Assembly: GCF_009914755.1 (NCBI RefSeq)
Contig: NC_060925.1
DNA length: 64,000 nucleotides
Origin: the human T2T-CHM13v2.0 reference genome, Homo sapiens
Direction: 5' to 3' (one strand)
A model generated the notes under the pieces. That model was not told the DNA's origin and ran no database searches. It worked only from the letters and a program-made list of their open reading frames with translations. Numbering within the stretch: the stretch's first letter is position 1; each line of letters begins with the position of its first letter. Below, in pieces: positions 1-12,170 of this stretch. The position numbers and the translations under genes are program-made.

Positions 1-98
1 GCTGTCAGGGGAGGGGCTGGGCGAGGAGAAGGCCTGAAGGCTGTCATCCTGTGAGGGGCCACTGGGAAGGCTGTCCTGAAGGTAGATGCTCTCCAGAT
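1..98 (-). CDS. FAM131C: FAM131C last coding exon, 5' part (DLESIYLQDSLPSGPSQDDSLQAFSSPSPSPDS...), truncated by window edge
   Basis: cttttccAG acceptor at 100-99; open frame in phase with exon 6 to the window edge. Confidence 0.9.
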   Translation of the reverse strand, partial: MWRASTFRTAFPVAPHRMTAFRPSPRPAPPLT

Positions 99-877
99 CT
101 GGAAAAGCAAGGGGGTGATGGGGGAATGGCGTCCCGGATCCAGCTCCTCGCCCTCCCTCTCTGGGGGTGTGAGAAAGGGCAAGGGGCAGAAGACCTGCCT
201 CCAAATCCAGCTGTGTGACTGCCGAGCCTTGTGACCTTGGTCAAGTCACCAAAACTCTGAGCCCCAGCTTTCTCCTCCAGGCAGTAAACGGAGGAGTTAA
301 GAGTGGGCTTGGAGCCAGCCTGTGCTCTCTGAGAACTGGGACAACCAGTGCTCCTCTGGGCCTCTGTCCCCTCCCCGTCCCTCTTGGGGCAGGAGGACTA
401 AGTGCAGGCTTCCCCCAGGGCCAAGGCTCCTTGAAGCCCTCAGTAGTAACCTGGGCTTCTAGAAAGGTGGTTGCTCGTGCCTGGTGCTAAGTTTCAGATC
501 CGGCTCTGACGCTTCTAGCTGTCATTTGGAGTAAGTTTCTGAACGTCTGAGTGCCTCTGTTTCCTTATTTGTAAAATGGGGACAACAGGACCCACTCCCT
601 AGGGCTGCTGTGAGGATTCTGTGAGGTGCTCGTGCACAGCCCTCGGTGTGGTAAGCGCTCGATTCCCGCCCCCACTGTGCTCACTGTCTCCTTCCTGCTC
701 CTGACACTGCCGGGCAATGGGCAAGGCAAGGATCACTGCCCCATTTTGCAGATGAAGAAACTTAGGCTGAGAAAAGGAAGGGGCTTGGCCGAGGTCACAC
801 TGCCTTTGGTGATGGGCAGCCATCCAGAATCAGCTCCACTCTGCCCACCCCCGCCCCCTGGACCCTCTAGGCTGTAC

Positions 878-988
878 CTTGGAGCTGGACGATGCCCTGG
901 GGGCTGTTCTCGGGGTGCAGCTCCTCTTCGTCCAGCGAGGACCAAGCGCTCAGTGTGGCCTCTGTGATGGCAAACTGCTCGGCGACCC
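878..988 (-). CDS. FAM131C: FAM131C coding exon 6 (GVAEQFAITEATLSAWSSLDEEELHPENSPQGIVQLQ)
   Basis: ttcccccAG acceptor and CAAG|GTACAG donor; 111 nt; conserved GVAEQFAI-EA-L-AWSS-D motif. Confidence 0.93.
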
Positions 989-1253
989 CTGGGGGAACAG
1001 CGAGATCCAGCTCAGGGGGGCATGGGTGGGGACGGCCTCAGTGCCTGATGGAGCTGCTCCAGGACAGGCGGGAGGGTGGCCACCTCTCTGGGCTGCCAAT
1101 CCACACCCCAGTGGTCAAGAGTGCTCACTTAATACCCACCCACCCTATGCCATTATTTTTTCCTGCCCAGACAATGCCCATGCAGTGATCTGGGCCCCCC
1201 AAGGACCCAGCTTCACCCCCACAGAGCCCTGGCCAGTCCCCCTCCTCGCTGAC

Positions 1254-1436
1254 CTGCAGCAAAGCGGGCCTCACGCAGCTCATCCGGGAGGCAGCAGTAA
1301 TGCTCATCCTCAGCTGGGGACAGCTCCCAGCCTGCCCGCTGGGCACTCCAGCCCTTCCACTCGATGAGGTGGGCCACGCGGCCTCGGGCCATGGCCGTGG
1401 GCTTTGTGATGTGGTCCTTGATGCTCTGCACCACCC
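1254..1436 (-). CDS. FAM131C: FAM131C coding exon 5 (GVVQSIKDHITKPTAMARGRVAHLIEWKGW...ELREARFAA)
   Basis: AG acceptor and G|GTCAG donor; 183 nt; contains the conserved FAM131 core KDHITKPTAMARGRVAHLIEWKGW. Confidence 0.95.
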
Positions 1437-3481
1437 CTGGGGCATGGAGGGCATCTGGGTGACTGTCCTGACACAAGGCTCAGCGCAGGGCCTGGCCCCC
1501 ATGCCTCAGGCCCACCCAGTGGCCTGTACCCCACATTCCCTCAGTGCACCATGATCTCCATCAGTGCCCCACACCTCCCCAGGGACCTGTACCCATCTAA
1601 CTCCTCACGCCCTCCAAAGCCTCCTGCTCACTCCTGCCCTGAGCCCTCCGAGCTCTGTGGCCCCCTTCCCTTAATGCCCCCACCCACTGGCATCCACATT
1701 TCCTCCCAGCATCCTACTCCCAGTCCATGTTCCCACCCACTGGATGCTTCTTCCCCAGATCGGCCACACCCCTCACTCCCTTTCTGACCAAGTTCAGACC
1801 CTTCCATCCAAGGAGATCCACCCAAGGACCACTCATGAGCCCCCAGCTTTCTCCATGATCCATTAAACACATTCTGAGAGAGCATCTCTGTGGCCTGCCA
1901 GCTCTGCTGGAGGTGAGACCTGGGTGGGTGGAGCAGGCAGGGAAGGCTTCCTGGAAGAGGGGACCTGGGATTGGAATTTGAAGGTGGGTTGGGTTTGAAC
2001 AGACAGAGGCAAGACTGGAGGTTTCATTTCAAAGATGAGAAGAGGATGAAGGCATGGTAGTGTCTGGCGTGAGTCCAGGATTAGCTGGGGTGAAACATGG
2101 GGTCCACACTAGGACTGGGCGGCAGGAGAAGCTGGGAGCTGATCAGGGACAGAACAGGGTTGGGGAGAACCAGGTGGAGGGCTCAGATGTTCCTGTGCAA
2201 TGGGGAGCCCCAGCAGGGTAATGAGCAAGAGAGTGACCAGTTAGAACAGCTGTTTAGGAAGAGCAACCCAGTTGGAGGATTAGGGGTTACCGCAGGGACC
2301 CAGCAACAGACAAGGCAAGGGCTGGGCAGACAGGGAGGAGGGGTCGGGGGCTTTAGGGGTAGAGCTGTTGTATGCGGAAGATGGAGAGGGGGCTGCCAGG
2401 AATGGTTCAGCATCACCATTAACCAAGGCTGAGAATAGATCTGGGAGTCACCCGGGTCCCCGAAGCCATAATGTGAGGAATGGCAATATTTAAGTAGGAG
2501 GAAATATCCACAAAGGTGATTAGAGAGTGGGGAAAATGGGAAAGATGGGGGTACGGAAGAAAGGGGAGACTCTCCCTCCCACCCACTAAGTTGGGGAGTG
2601 TTGGCAATTGGAGAGGGTGTTTTGTAGGAAGTAGGGGTTCAAGTGGCCCTTGAAGGGCAGGTGAGGTGGAGAAGGCACTGGAGATGGAGGAAAGGCACAG
2701 GCCAATGTGGGGAGGGAGGGCCCCAGGGGCCTCAGGGGAGCTGGGTGGGATTTAGTGCTGGGGCCACCTGATGCTGTGGTGGCCACCGAAACCTGCTCTA
2801 CAGGCCTGGGAGCCCATGCCCAGCTGCTTCAGGTGCTGCTGCTGTCAGCTCACACCCTTATCTGGAGAACCGCCCTGAGCTCCTGGGCACCTAGAGAGGC
2901 CGGGAGGCTACCTAGTCCTCCCCAGGGGCAGCCAGTGAGTCAGCAATGGGGGAATATAAAGTCCAGCCCCCTTGCCTTGGGGTGTCATCAATTCTGGGGT
3001 GCTATTTGTGCTCCCAAGCTCCCAGTGGGACCAGGTGGGCAGGGCTAGACTCCTGCAGAGCCCCTTCCGAAGGCCCCTCTGCCTCCCCCGCTGCCTGCTG
3101 GCTTCTCTTGAGGGCCATTCCCCAGGGAATCACCTGCACAGTCATGCCCATGTCAGGCTCTGCTTCCAGGGAACCTGAACTAAGGTGATGGGACTGGCAG
3201 AGAGGCAGGGAGACCATGCCAGACAGACATCTGAAAAACTCTGCCCCACCCCCTCAGAGCTTCTTGAGAACCCAGCAGTTTAACCTGTGGAAGCAGAACC
3301 CTGAGCCACTGGTCCCCCCGTGACCCGCATAACCCAGCATGGACTCTGGCATTTAGAACATAGAGAATCCAATAGGGCTGCCATCCTCCCACCTGCAACT
3401 CAGCCATGCCCTTCCCACAGCTAGGGTCTAGGGTGGGACCGTGTATTCTCCACCGGCAGGAGAGTTGTGGCCAGAACCTAC

Positions 3482-3575
3482 CCACAAGGGACGAGGTGGC
3501 CAGGGCTGCCACGTTGTAGTTGCCGGGGCGGGACCTGGAGTCGGACAGGTAGCCGTTGGTGGTCTGGAAGCACCT
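3482..3575 (-). CDS. FAM131C: FAM131C coding exon 4 (RCFQTTNGYLSDSRSRPGNYNVAALATSSLV)
   Basis: cttcctccAG acceptor and G|GTAGG donor; 94 nt; frame continuous with neighbouring exons. Confidence 0.93.
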
Positions 3576-3878
3576 CTGGAGGAAGTGGCAGGAGGAGTGA
3601 GCAGGGTGGGCCAGGCTGCCGGCCAACATCCCTCCAGCACCACCACCCATCCCTGTCTCCCAGCTCACCAGGTCCTCTGGCCAGTGGGCAGGGACAGGGC
3701 AGCTAAAGCCAGGGAGATCCTACTAACTCCCACGGGACAACCCCACCCACTGTTTCATCAGGCCCCCCCCCCCCGCCCCAGGGCCAGCTGGACCGTGTGC
3801 CTGGGCTGGGCACAAAGGATGGAGGGGCCGTGGTGTCAGCTGGGGCCGGCTAGAATGGGGACACACAAGTGCACTGAC

Positions 3879-3914
3879 CTGCCAAGGATCCCAACAGAAA
3901 TCCATCTGTTCGTC
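3879..3914 (-). CDS. FAM131C: FAM131C coding exon 3, 36-nt mini-exon (DEQMDFCWDPWQ)
   Basis: ttgttttAG acceptor and CAG|GTCAGT donor; symmetric phase 0-0; MDFCWDPWQ motif of the FAM131 family. Confidence 0.9.
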
Positions 3915-4470
3915 CTAAAACAAGAGGAGAGAGAGGATCAGGCAGGGCCTGGCACGCTGTGCCAGCAGATGGCCCGAGTCCTGGGGCCCTGGGTGGGGGT
4001 GGGGGTCAGCCTTCTTCTGGTGCTGTGTGAGGTTGGGGTCTGCCCTCTCATGGGTCATGCTCTGGTGTCCCCCGGCATGCAGAGGAAGAAGGAGGGGGCA
4101 ACAGTGGTGCTGGGAGGACAGGCCTCGGGTGCCGCTTATAGAGCAGGCTTGGGTGTGGGCTCTGACTTTGCCATTTCCCAGCTGGTGTCCCTAGACTATT
4201 CCTAACAGCTCCGAACACGTCTCTTCCTCTGCAAAATGGTGACAATTTCATTCACCTCATGAGTTGTGGTGAGGCCTAAATAACATAACGGAGGCTGAGA
4301 AGAGCTGAGTGCAGTGCTTCGCAGGAGGGGTGTGCCGCTGGGGAGAAGGTAATTATATCATCCAGTGGGTTCATGCCACAGACCCTGGAGCAAGGGCGGA
4401 AATTATGCACCAGAATTTGGGGTCCCTTGTGACCCTTAGTGACATCTTCTAAATCCATCTGGACTGAGAA

Positions 4471-4595
4471 ACATATATAAAATTTTAATATATATAATAT
4501 ATAAATTATATTCATATAAATTATATATAATATATATAAGTTATATATTATATATTTATATACAAATTATATGTATAACATAACATATATAAAAT
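4471..4595. repeat. AT-rich (TA)n low-complexity tract in intron 2
   Basis: About 125 nt of nearly pure A/T with TATA repeats. Confidence 0.9.
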
Positions 4596-4900
4596 TTGTG
4601 AGGCTGCTCAGGAGTAGCGGGCTGGTAGCGGCATGTGTTGTCTGCAAGGCAGAGTTAATTTGCGCAGGAAGACCTTCAGGGTGGTTGGTCTTCTAAACAA
4701 GCCTGGTCCAGTCCCTGGATGCTCAGTCCAGTCCAGCCCCTCATGCTGCTGAATACCAGGCCTTAGGGCCCCTGGTCCCACAGGGAGAAGCGGGTTTGGC
4801 AGGGAAGGAAGGAGACTGGAATGGATTCTGCTCCCTGCGGGGAGGAGACAGGCCGGGAACCGGGGCGCAGGTAGCACAGGGATGAGGAGCAGCCAGTTAC

Positions 4901-5016
4901 CTTGCCAATGACACAGTCTGGAGCCACGGTGGGAGTGCGGCCCGAGGGCAGATCTGGGTTCAAGGGGTCCGCACCCTGGGGCATGGGGCAGTTCTTGTGG
5001 GCACTTGTGAACAGGT
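4901..5016 (-). CDS. FAM131C: FAM131C coding exon 2 (DLFTSAHKNCPMPQGADPLNPDLPSGRTPTVAPDCVIGK)
   Basis: ttatttccAG acceptor and AAG|GTAACT donor; 116 nt, cumulative 138 nt (phase 0); peptide recognised as FAM131C. Confidence 0.93.
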
Positions 5017-7276
5017 CTGGAAATAAGAGCAAGAGGAGGAACTCAGCAAAGCCCAGCCCTCTCTTGCTTACAAAGCATGTTCAAGGCCCCCCCGTAAGGT
5101 GAGTATGGCCTTGTTTTTATCCAACAACATCGTAGAGAAAGCAGACTCAAGTCCACAGCAGGGAAGGGGTCCAGCCAGATGCCCTCCTGCCTGTGCCCCT
5201 CAGCGGGAATTACTGGCCTCATCTTCTTTTTACTCCCTTTTCTCAGTTTCTAGCACCCACACTCCAGCATGATTTTGGCCTCGTGGAGATCTTTAATCCA
5301 TTTACCCTCATATTTCCAGACTAGATCCTCCCGTCCTCTTTTGCTCCTGGCCCGGCTGACACCCTGGCATGGCCTCTGAGCTCTCTCTCACAGACGCCCT
5401 TACCTCTCACCCCGGTTTGGGTCTGACCCTCCTGCCCTGTGCCTGGATCTGAGGAGCTGAATGTTGCTGGAGAAAGTGACCGCTGCATGCGAGATTGTAG
5501 CCCCAGCCTCCCGTGGGACGCTGCCCGGATCCTTCTCTGTTTCTGCATTTCCTGCTGTCTTTGTTTCCTGCCAGGTTGACAGCTTCACCCCATCCTTCCT
5601 TCTCAGACATGAAACACACCCCCTCCCCTACCCCACACACTGCTGGGGGCTTCTGCCCCTCCCTCACTGGGTCCAGGATCCTTGGAAAGGTGTCACCCGG
5701 ATCTTTCCACCCAAATCACCAGAGCCTGCCTGCACCTTTGCCCACATCATCGCCTTTCCCTCCTGCAACAAAGGAAGAGCTGTTCCTGCTGCACCCAAGA
5801 CCTTCTGGCCCATCCACCCAGGGCTGGGTCCTGCCCCTGCCCTCCCCCCAGAGGCTCTGCTCTCCCTCCTGCAGTGTCACTGTGCCCTCTCCACTCTGTC
5901 CACTTTGAAGCATTCAGCCGGGATCTCATATGCTGCGATGCGTCTTGGGCTCTGGACCTTCTCCTGCATTCTCACTCCTCTGTCCCCTTTACCACTGGGT
6001 GGGGCCGTCAGCATCCTGGCAACCCAAGCATCTCCTGTCTTCTCAGAAGCTTGTGACCACTGTTTCCTTCCAGCGACTTGGCCGTTCCTCTGCTCCCTTC
6101 TCGCTGGACGTGCAGAGAGCTGTGTCCCACATCTACTTCCTCGTCCTCCACTTCTCCTCCACCCATTCCAAGCAGGCTTTCATGAGGCAGCCCTTGCCAA
6201 GCTGCCAGGAAAATCCGTGGGGCCAACTCCAATGGGGGCTGCTCCAGCCTCTTCTTGGAGCTGGAGCTGTGCAGCCTTCCTGCCCTCTTGAGCCTCGCTC
6301 TTATCCTGGCCTCTGGCCTCTCTGGCTGCTGTCCTGGGTCCCCTCTTTGGCTCCTCCCTGGCTCACCCCTGCCCGTTGGCTGGCACACTTCTGTCCTGGC
6401 CCTTCTCCACCCTCTCTCCCCAGGAGGTCTCACCTTCCTGTTTCCGCTGCCCGCTGCCCATGTGCACACCTCCAGCCCTGACTCCTCACTTGAGCTCCCA
6501 ACTGAGTTTCCAGCTCTCCACATGGATGCCCAAGGGGCACCCCAAGCACACCTGGGCAAAAGAGGATTCCCAATTCCAGGTCCACCTTCCCCCCATCCCC
6601 CACTGCACCAACTACAACCCTGGGAGTTTCTCAGGGTCCTGCCTTCCCCCACTCTCCCCGGGGCCACGCAGTCAACCGGCAAATCCTGTTAGCCCTCTCT
6701 TAGGTCTATTCCAGGTCTCCCGGCTCCCTTCTCCCAGGGCTCCCCTGCTGCAGGCATCCTCCCTCCCTGGAAGACAATGGTCCCTGCGCTCACTCTCTGC
6801 CCGCCAGCGGAGGGACTTAATGCTCTAGGCCAGATTGTGTCACTGGGGTTAGGGGACCATGTGGGTGCTGCCCCCAATTCCCCTGGATTCCTTTCTCCTG
6901 TTTTTGCCCTGGCGCCCTGCATGGCTTCTAAGAGGCACCACCTGTGGCTCTTTCTACAGGGGCTGCCCTAGGTAAATTTCTGTTGGCCCCACCCAGAGTG
7001 GCCCCAAGCCAATGACTACCAGGTGCAGAACCCCAGCTCTTTTGTCTGGGATCCGAAAATTCCCCTTCACTTACCCTCCGGAGTACCCTGCAGGACCAGG
7101 CTGAGGCCAGGCCTGAGACCACCCCACTGCCTGGCTGGCCTCCTCCATCCTCCTCTCGCTCCATTCCCTACTGGCTTCCTCTGGAAGGTTCACCTCATAT
7201 CAGTTGTACCCAAATCCTCATTTCAGGGGCAGCTGGCAGGGGGAAGGTAAGCATTCAGTTGGAGGTGAGATTAAGG

Positions 7277-7645
<369 letters not shown>

Positions 7646-7927
7646 TAAGCAGGTGGGCTAGTCAAGGAGGCTGGAGGCAGAGACTGGAGCCAAGGAAAGA
7701 TCTTATTGACCACCCCACCCATGACCCAGGCAGGCCTAAGGAGGTGAGAGCACCTGGGGCAGCACGGGATCCTGTGGACTGAGCCGTGCGCCTGCACACC
7801 ATAGCACTCAGCTCATCTTGTTCTTTTTCCTGAGTCCCTGCTGTGTGACCCTGAGCTAGTCCTGCCCCTCTCTGGGCTCCAAGGCCTCCATTTCCACAAA
7901 GGCCATGTTGTCCAGGCCCTTCAAAGG

Positions 7928-8210
7928 CAATGTTCAAACTGGGGGTGCATATTTCAGTGGGTCATGCAGCCGTTTATTAATTAGGTCTTATTTTAATGAA
8001 ATAGAATGGAATAGAATGGAAAATATCAGAGCCCACTGCAAGTCAGGTTAAGTATTACTTTATGAAGCTTCTGTTTATGCAAACACAAGTCTGTGCAGAT
8101 GTGTGTGCACAACACACACAGAGTAAAAATTTTCTCTGTGTGTATTCTGGGTCATGATGCAAAATATATTATTCCTATGGGTCCAGTCAAAAAAGTTTGC
8201 AAGTTGCCAA
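7928..8210. mobile_element. hAT-type DNA transposon remnant (MER/Charlie-like)
   Basis: Recalled motifs cagtgggtcatg...aatagaatggaatagaa...gtcaaaaaagtttg; family not determined. Confidence 0.45.
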
Positions 8211-10369
8211 TCCTGAGGTTCTGGAAATTCTGCATGTCCTGGACAAGCCAGGGCCCGCCAAGGTGCAGACAGGTGGCTCTGGCCATAGGCTGACCCTAGG
8301 AACTTGAGAGGTGTTAGGGTATTTCTAGGACCCCTGGCCATCCCCTGAAGCTTTTTTACAACTCTCCAGCCACAGACCAGGGAGCGAGGTTGATGGGGAG
8401 GGGAGCCGGGCACAGAGGAGGCTGGTGGTGATGCCAAAGCCTGGCAGAGGCATGACTTGAACAAGGTCATTTGTTGAGACGGTGGTGGGCTTGGAGGACT
8501 CCTGGCTCCCACCCCCTCCCCAGCCCGCCTGGCTCCCCACCTCAGTTGGGGTTCAGGTGCCTCCACCAAAGCTGCCTGCTCCCCCTGAGGACTTTGGCCC
8601 CATGATGTCACAGGCTGGTTGCCATGGGGACGTCAGGTAATGAACCAGCCCAGGGTGAAATCACAGGCTGTTCTTCGCCCAGCTGGGACTGGTGGTCACG
8701 TCACCACTGGCAACTGGAAAAACACAGAGTGTCATGTGGGGTGGGGGCTGGGAGGCAGCCCGAAGGGACCGCTAGCACCTGCTCCTGTGGCTCCCTCTCC
8801 CAGAAGGACACCCCCTTTCTTTCAGTCCACACCCTAGTCTCCTGACCTCAAGGTCAGAATTCCCTTCTCAGACCTGCTCCCTCCCCCACCTCCTCTGTCC
8901 ACAAGAGTGACAGGCTTCTGGCTGCCATGGCAACCTGGAGAGGGCCATCTTGATTCTTCAAGGAGAGGGTGTCAACCAGATGTCTCCTCCATCCCTCTGT
9001 CTTCAACCAGAGCTTCTCCTCTGCATCTTGAGGGTGCTTCCTGCCTTCCTATGCCAGCTCCTCTTCAATCTGCTTTAGAGTCTAACCTCCCAGACAGTTC
9101 CTCCTGATGTCTAGCCTAAACCCCTCTTGTTGCAGTTCCCATACTGGTTGGTCTTCTCTACTTGATCCTTGGGTGAGTCTGCAGCACAACCCCTCAGGCT
9201 CCTCTCGTCTGCTTCAGGGCCTTCCAACTCCTTTAAGCTGTTCTCTGGGGCTCCGTGTCCCAACCCATTAGTCACCATGGTTGCCATCTACCCCAAGAGT
9301 GCCTCCCAGGGCTCTGCACCCCAGAGGGCAGAGAGGGACCGTGTTTGACTCTGCAGCAGCCCAGGGAGGGTAAATATCCTCTCAAAACCACACAGAAACT
9401 GAGCAGCAGCCTGGGGTCAAAGCGTCCCCTCATGCTCCTCCCCGGCCAGCCTCGGGCTTCTCTGCTCAGCTTCTCAGGGCACCTGCAGCCGATGCGGCCC
9501 CTCTAGCCAACCATTGCCCGGGTGTGTACTGCCCAGCTGTGATGTGCCGGGCTCTGCCCTTGGCTCTGAAGAGAACGTAAGCGGCCAAGGCATTCCTCTT
9601 ACGGTCCCTGAGCTGGGTTTAAGTCCCCGCTTCTCACTTTCCGCTGCAGGGGGTGGGCATGGGACTTAGCCCCTGTGAGCCTTGGATTCTCATCTGTGAA
9701 ATAATACCAGCCCAGAAAGGGCTGCAGCAAGGAGGAAGCACCTGCCACAGCAAGCAGTCCGTAAGCAGCAGCCGCTCCACCCCTCTCCCCTCAGTGTCTC
9801 TCTCTGGACAATGGGACACATCTTGGTCAGCCACTCCTCTGGTCCTGTCCCCAGGGCTGGAGCTGGCTCTGGAGGCTCCGCAGAGGGAAGCCCTTGAGGG
9901 TGAGTCCTTGGCCTCTCTGCCTGTTGAGTCACTGCCAGGGGAGCAGGCCACAGAGCTTGGCAGAGGCCAGGCCTCGAGTGGACTGAGTGTCCCCTCCTCC
10001 CCAGGACATTTGTTTACAGGTCACCTGAGCCGTGACAATAGCTCATCTGTGGGTTGGCTCAGCTCAGAGCTATCCAAGGGGGTCCCTTTCTCTCCCCGTG
10101 CAAGGATGGAGAGAGAAAATGGGCTCCTCCCCAGGACTTCCACACACCCCAGCTCCTCCCCACTTCCTTCCCCAGGCTCCCTCCCATCCTGTGACCTGGC
10201 CTCTGGGAACATCTTGCTCCAGCCTCACCTCCCACAAGCAACCTGCCCAGATTGGCCTCTGCTGGATTAGGTACCTCACCTGTGGTCCTAATGGCCAAAG
10301 TCTGGCCTGCAGTGATTTGCCGCCACTGTTTACTGAGCAGGTGTGACAGTACTGTGTCAGGTACTGTCT

Positions 10370-10560
10370 GTCCTAGGCCTGTTCACCCATGATCTCTCAT
10401 TTAACCCACACAACAATCCTGCAAAGTACATGTTATGCCCATTTTACAGATAGGGAAACGGAGGCTCAGAGAGGGTAAATCACTTATGCAAGGTCACCTG
10501 CTAATAAGCAGCAGAGATGAGGGTCACACTTCGGCCCTTGTGAAACTCCAAAGCTTGTGC
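10370..10560 (-). mobile_element. MIR element
   Basis: cccattttacagatagggaaacggaggctcagagagggtaaatcacttatgcaaggtcac is the MIR core. Similar cores near 740, 12170, 17000, 24290, 51580 and 56690. Confidence 0.75.
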
Positions 10561-11127
10561 CCCAACCACTAAACAGTGCTGATCTCCAGACAGGGTCCTC
10601 GGGGCATCCTTCCAAGGGTTCATGCATACTGCCTCCCCCATTAGGCTACTCCACGGGCAAAGCTGTACCTCTCTCATCAGACTGTGAGCTCCCGAAGGGC
10701 AAGGTCCCACCTACCCTTTCCTCAGTGCCTGGTGTAGGACTGCTCAGGACTTGGAAACTATGGGTGGCTCTGGTCGGCCCCCTTAGAGCTTGTGCCTTCA
10801 CCCAGACATGATCAGATGTCTGAGTTTCCAGAAGAAAATTCTCGGTCTCTAATTTCTACTCTCACCCCCGACCCCACCGGCCCCCAGTGCATTGGATACC
10901 CCCAAGGTGGGGCCAGGAGGCTGATCAGTTGGCCTGGAGGAGAGGGCTGGGGCATGAGTGAGGAGGCAGAGTGGTTATGGCACCAAGGGCATGGAGCGGG
11001 TACTGAGCCCCTGGAACTGGAGAGAAGGGGGGCAAATATTCCTCTCTGTTCCATACAGACTGCCATTGGTTGCAGAGCCCCCAACAAATAGGGACCATTC
11101 AAGTGTTCCAAGAGGTTGTTTTTCTAA

Positions 11128-11430
<303 letters not shown>

Positions 11431-11813
11431 TAGCACCTCTCTCTCTATAGGGACGTAAGAAAGCAAAGGACGGGGTTTCCACACTCAGGCTCTGGGGTCA
11501 CATTGACCTGGATTCAAGTCCTGCCTCTCCATGCCCTGGCCATGTGACCTGAGGGAAGACCCTCCCGTTCTCTGAGCCCCACATCCCTTGTCACAGGGTT
11601 GAATGAGAACTAACTAGGTCAGGAGAGCAAAGGCTCAGCCTAGCTCAGGATAAGCGCTCAACAAACGGTAGCTTAAAAATAGATAATGAATGCAAAATAG
11701 CTCCTGGAAACAGCATTTGTTGCCTTAATCTGGTCCCAATCACTTTCTCAATGTCCTCAGCACCTCGAGTGCCTGCCACCCGCTGCCTTTCCCATGAGGC
11801 AGGATGTGGCTTA

Positions 11814-12170
<357 letters not shown>

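Noticed and set aside
5461-6828. Long overlapping ORFs (276, 224 and 183 aa) in intron 1
   Set aside because: No recognisable domain, low-complexity Pro/Leu/Ser composition, expected by chance in GC-rich DNA, and not needed for the FAM131C frame.
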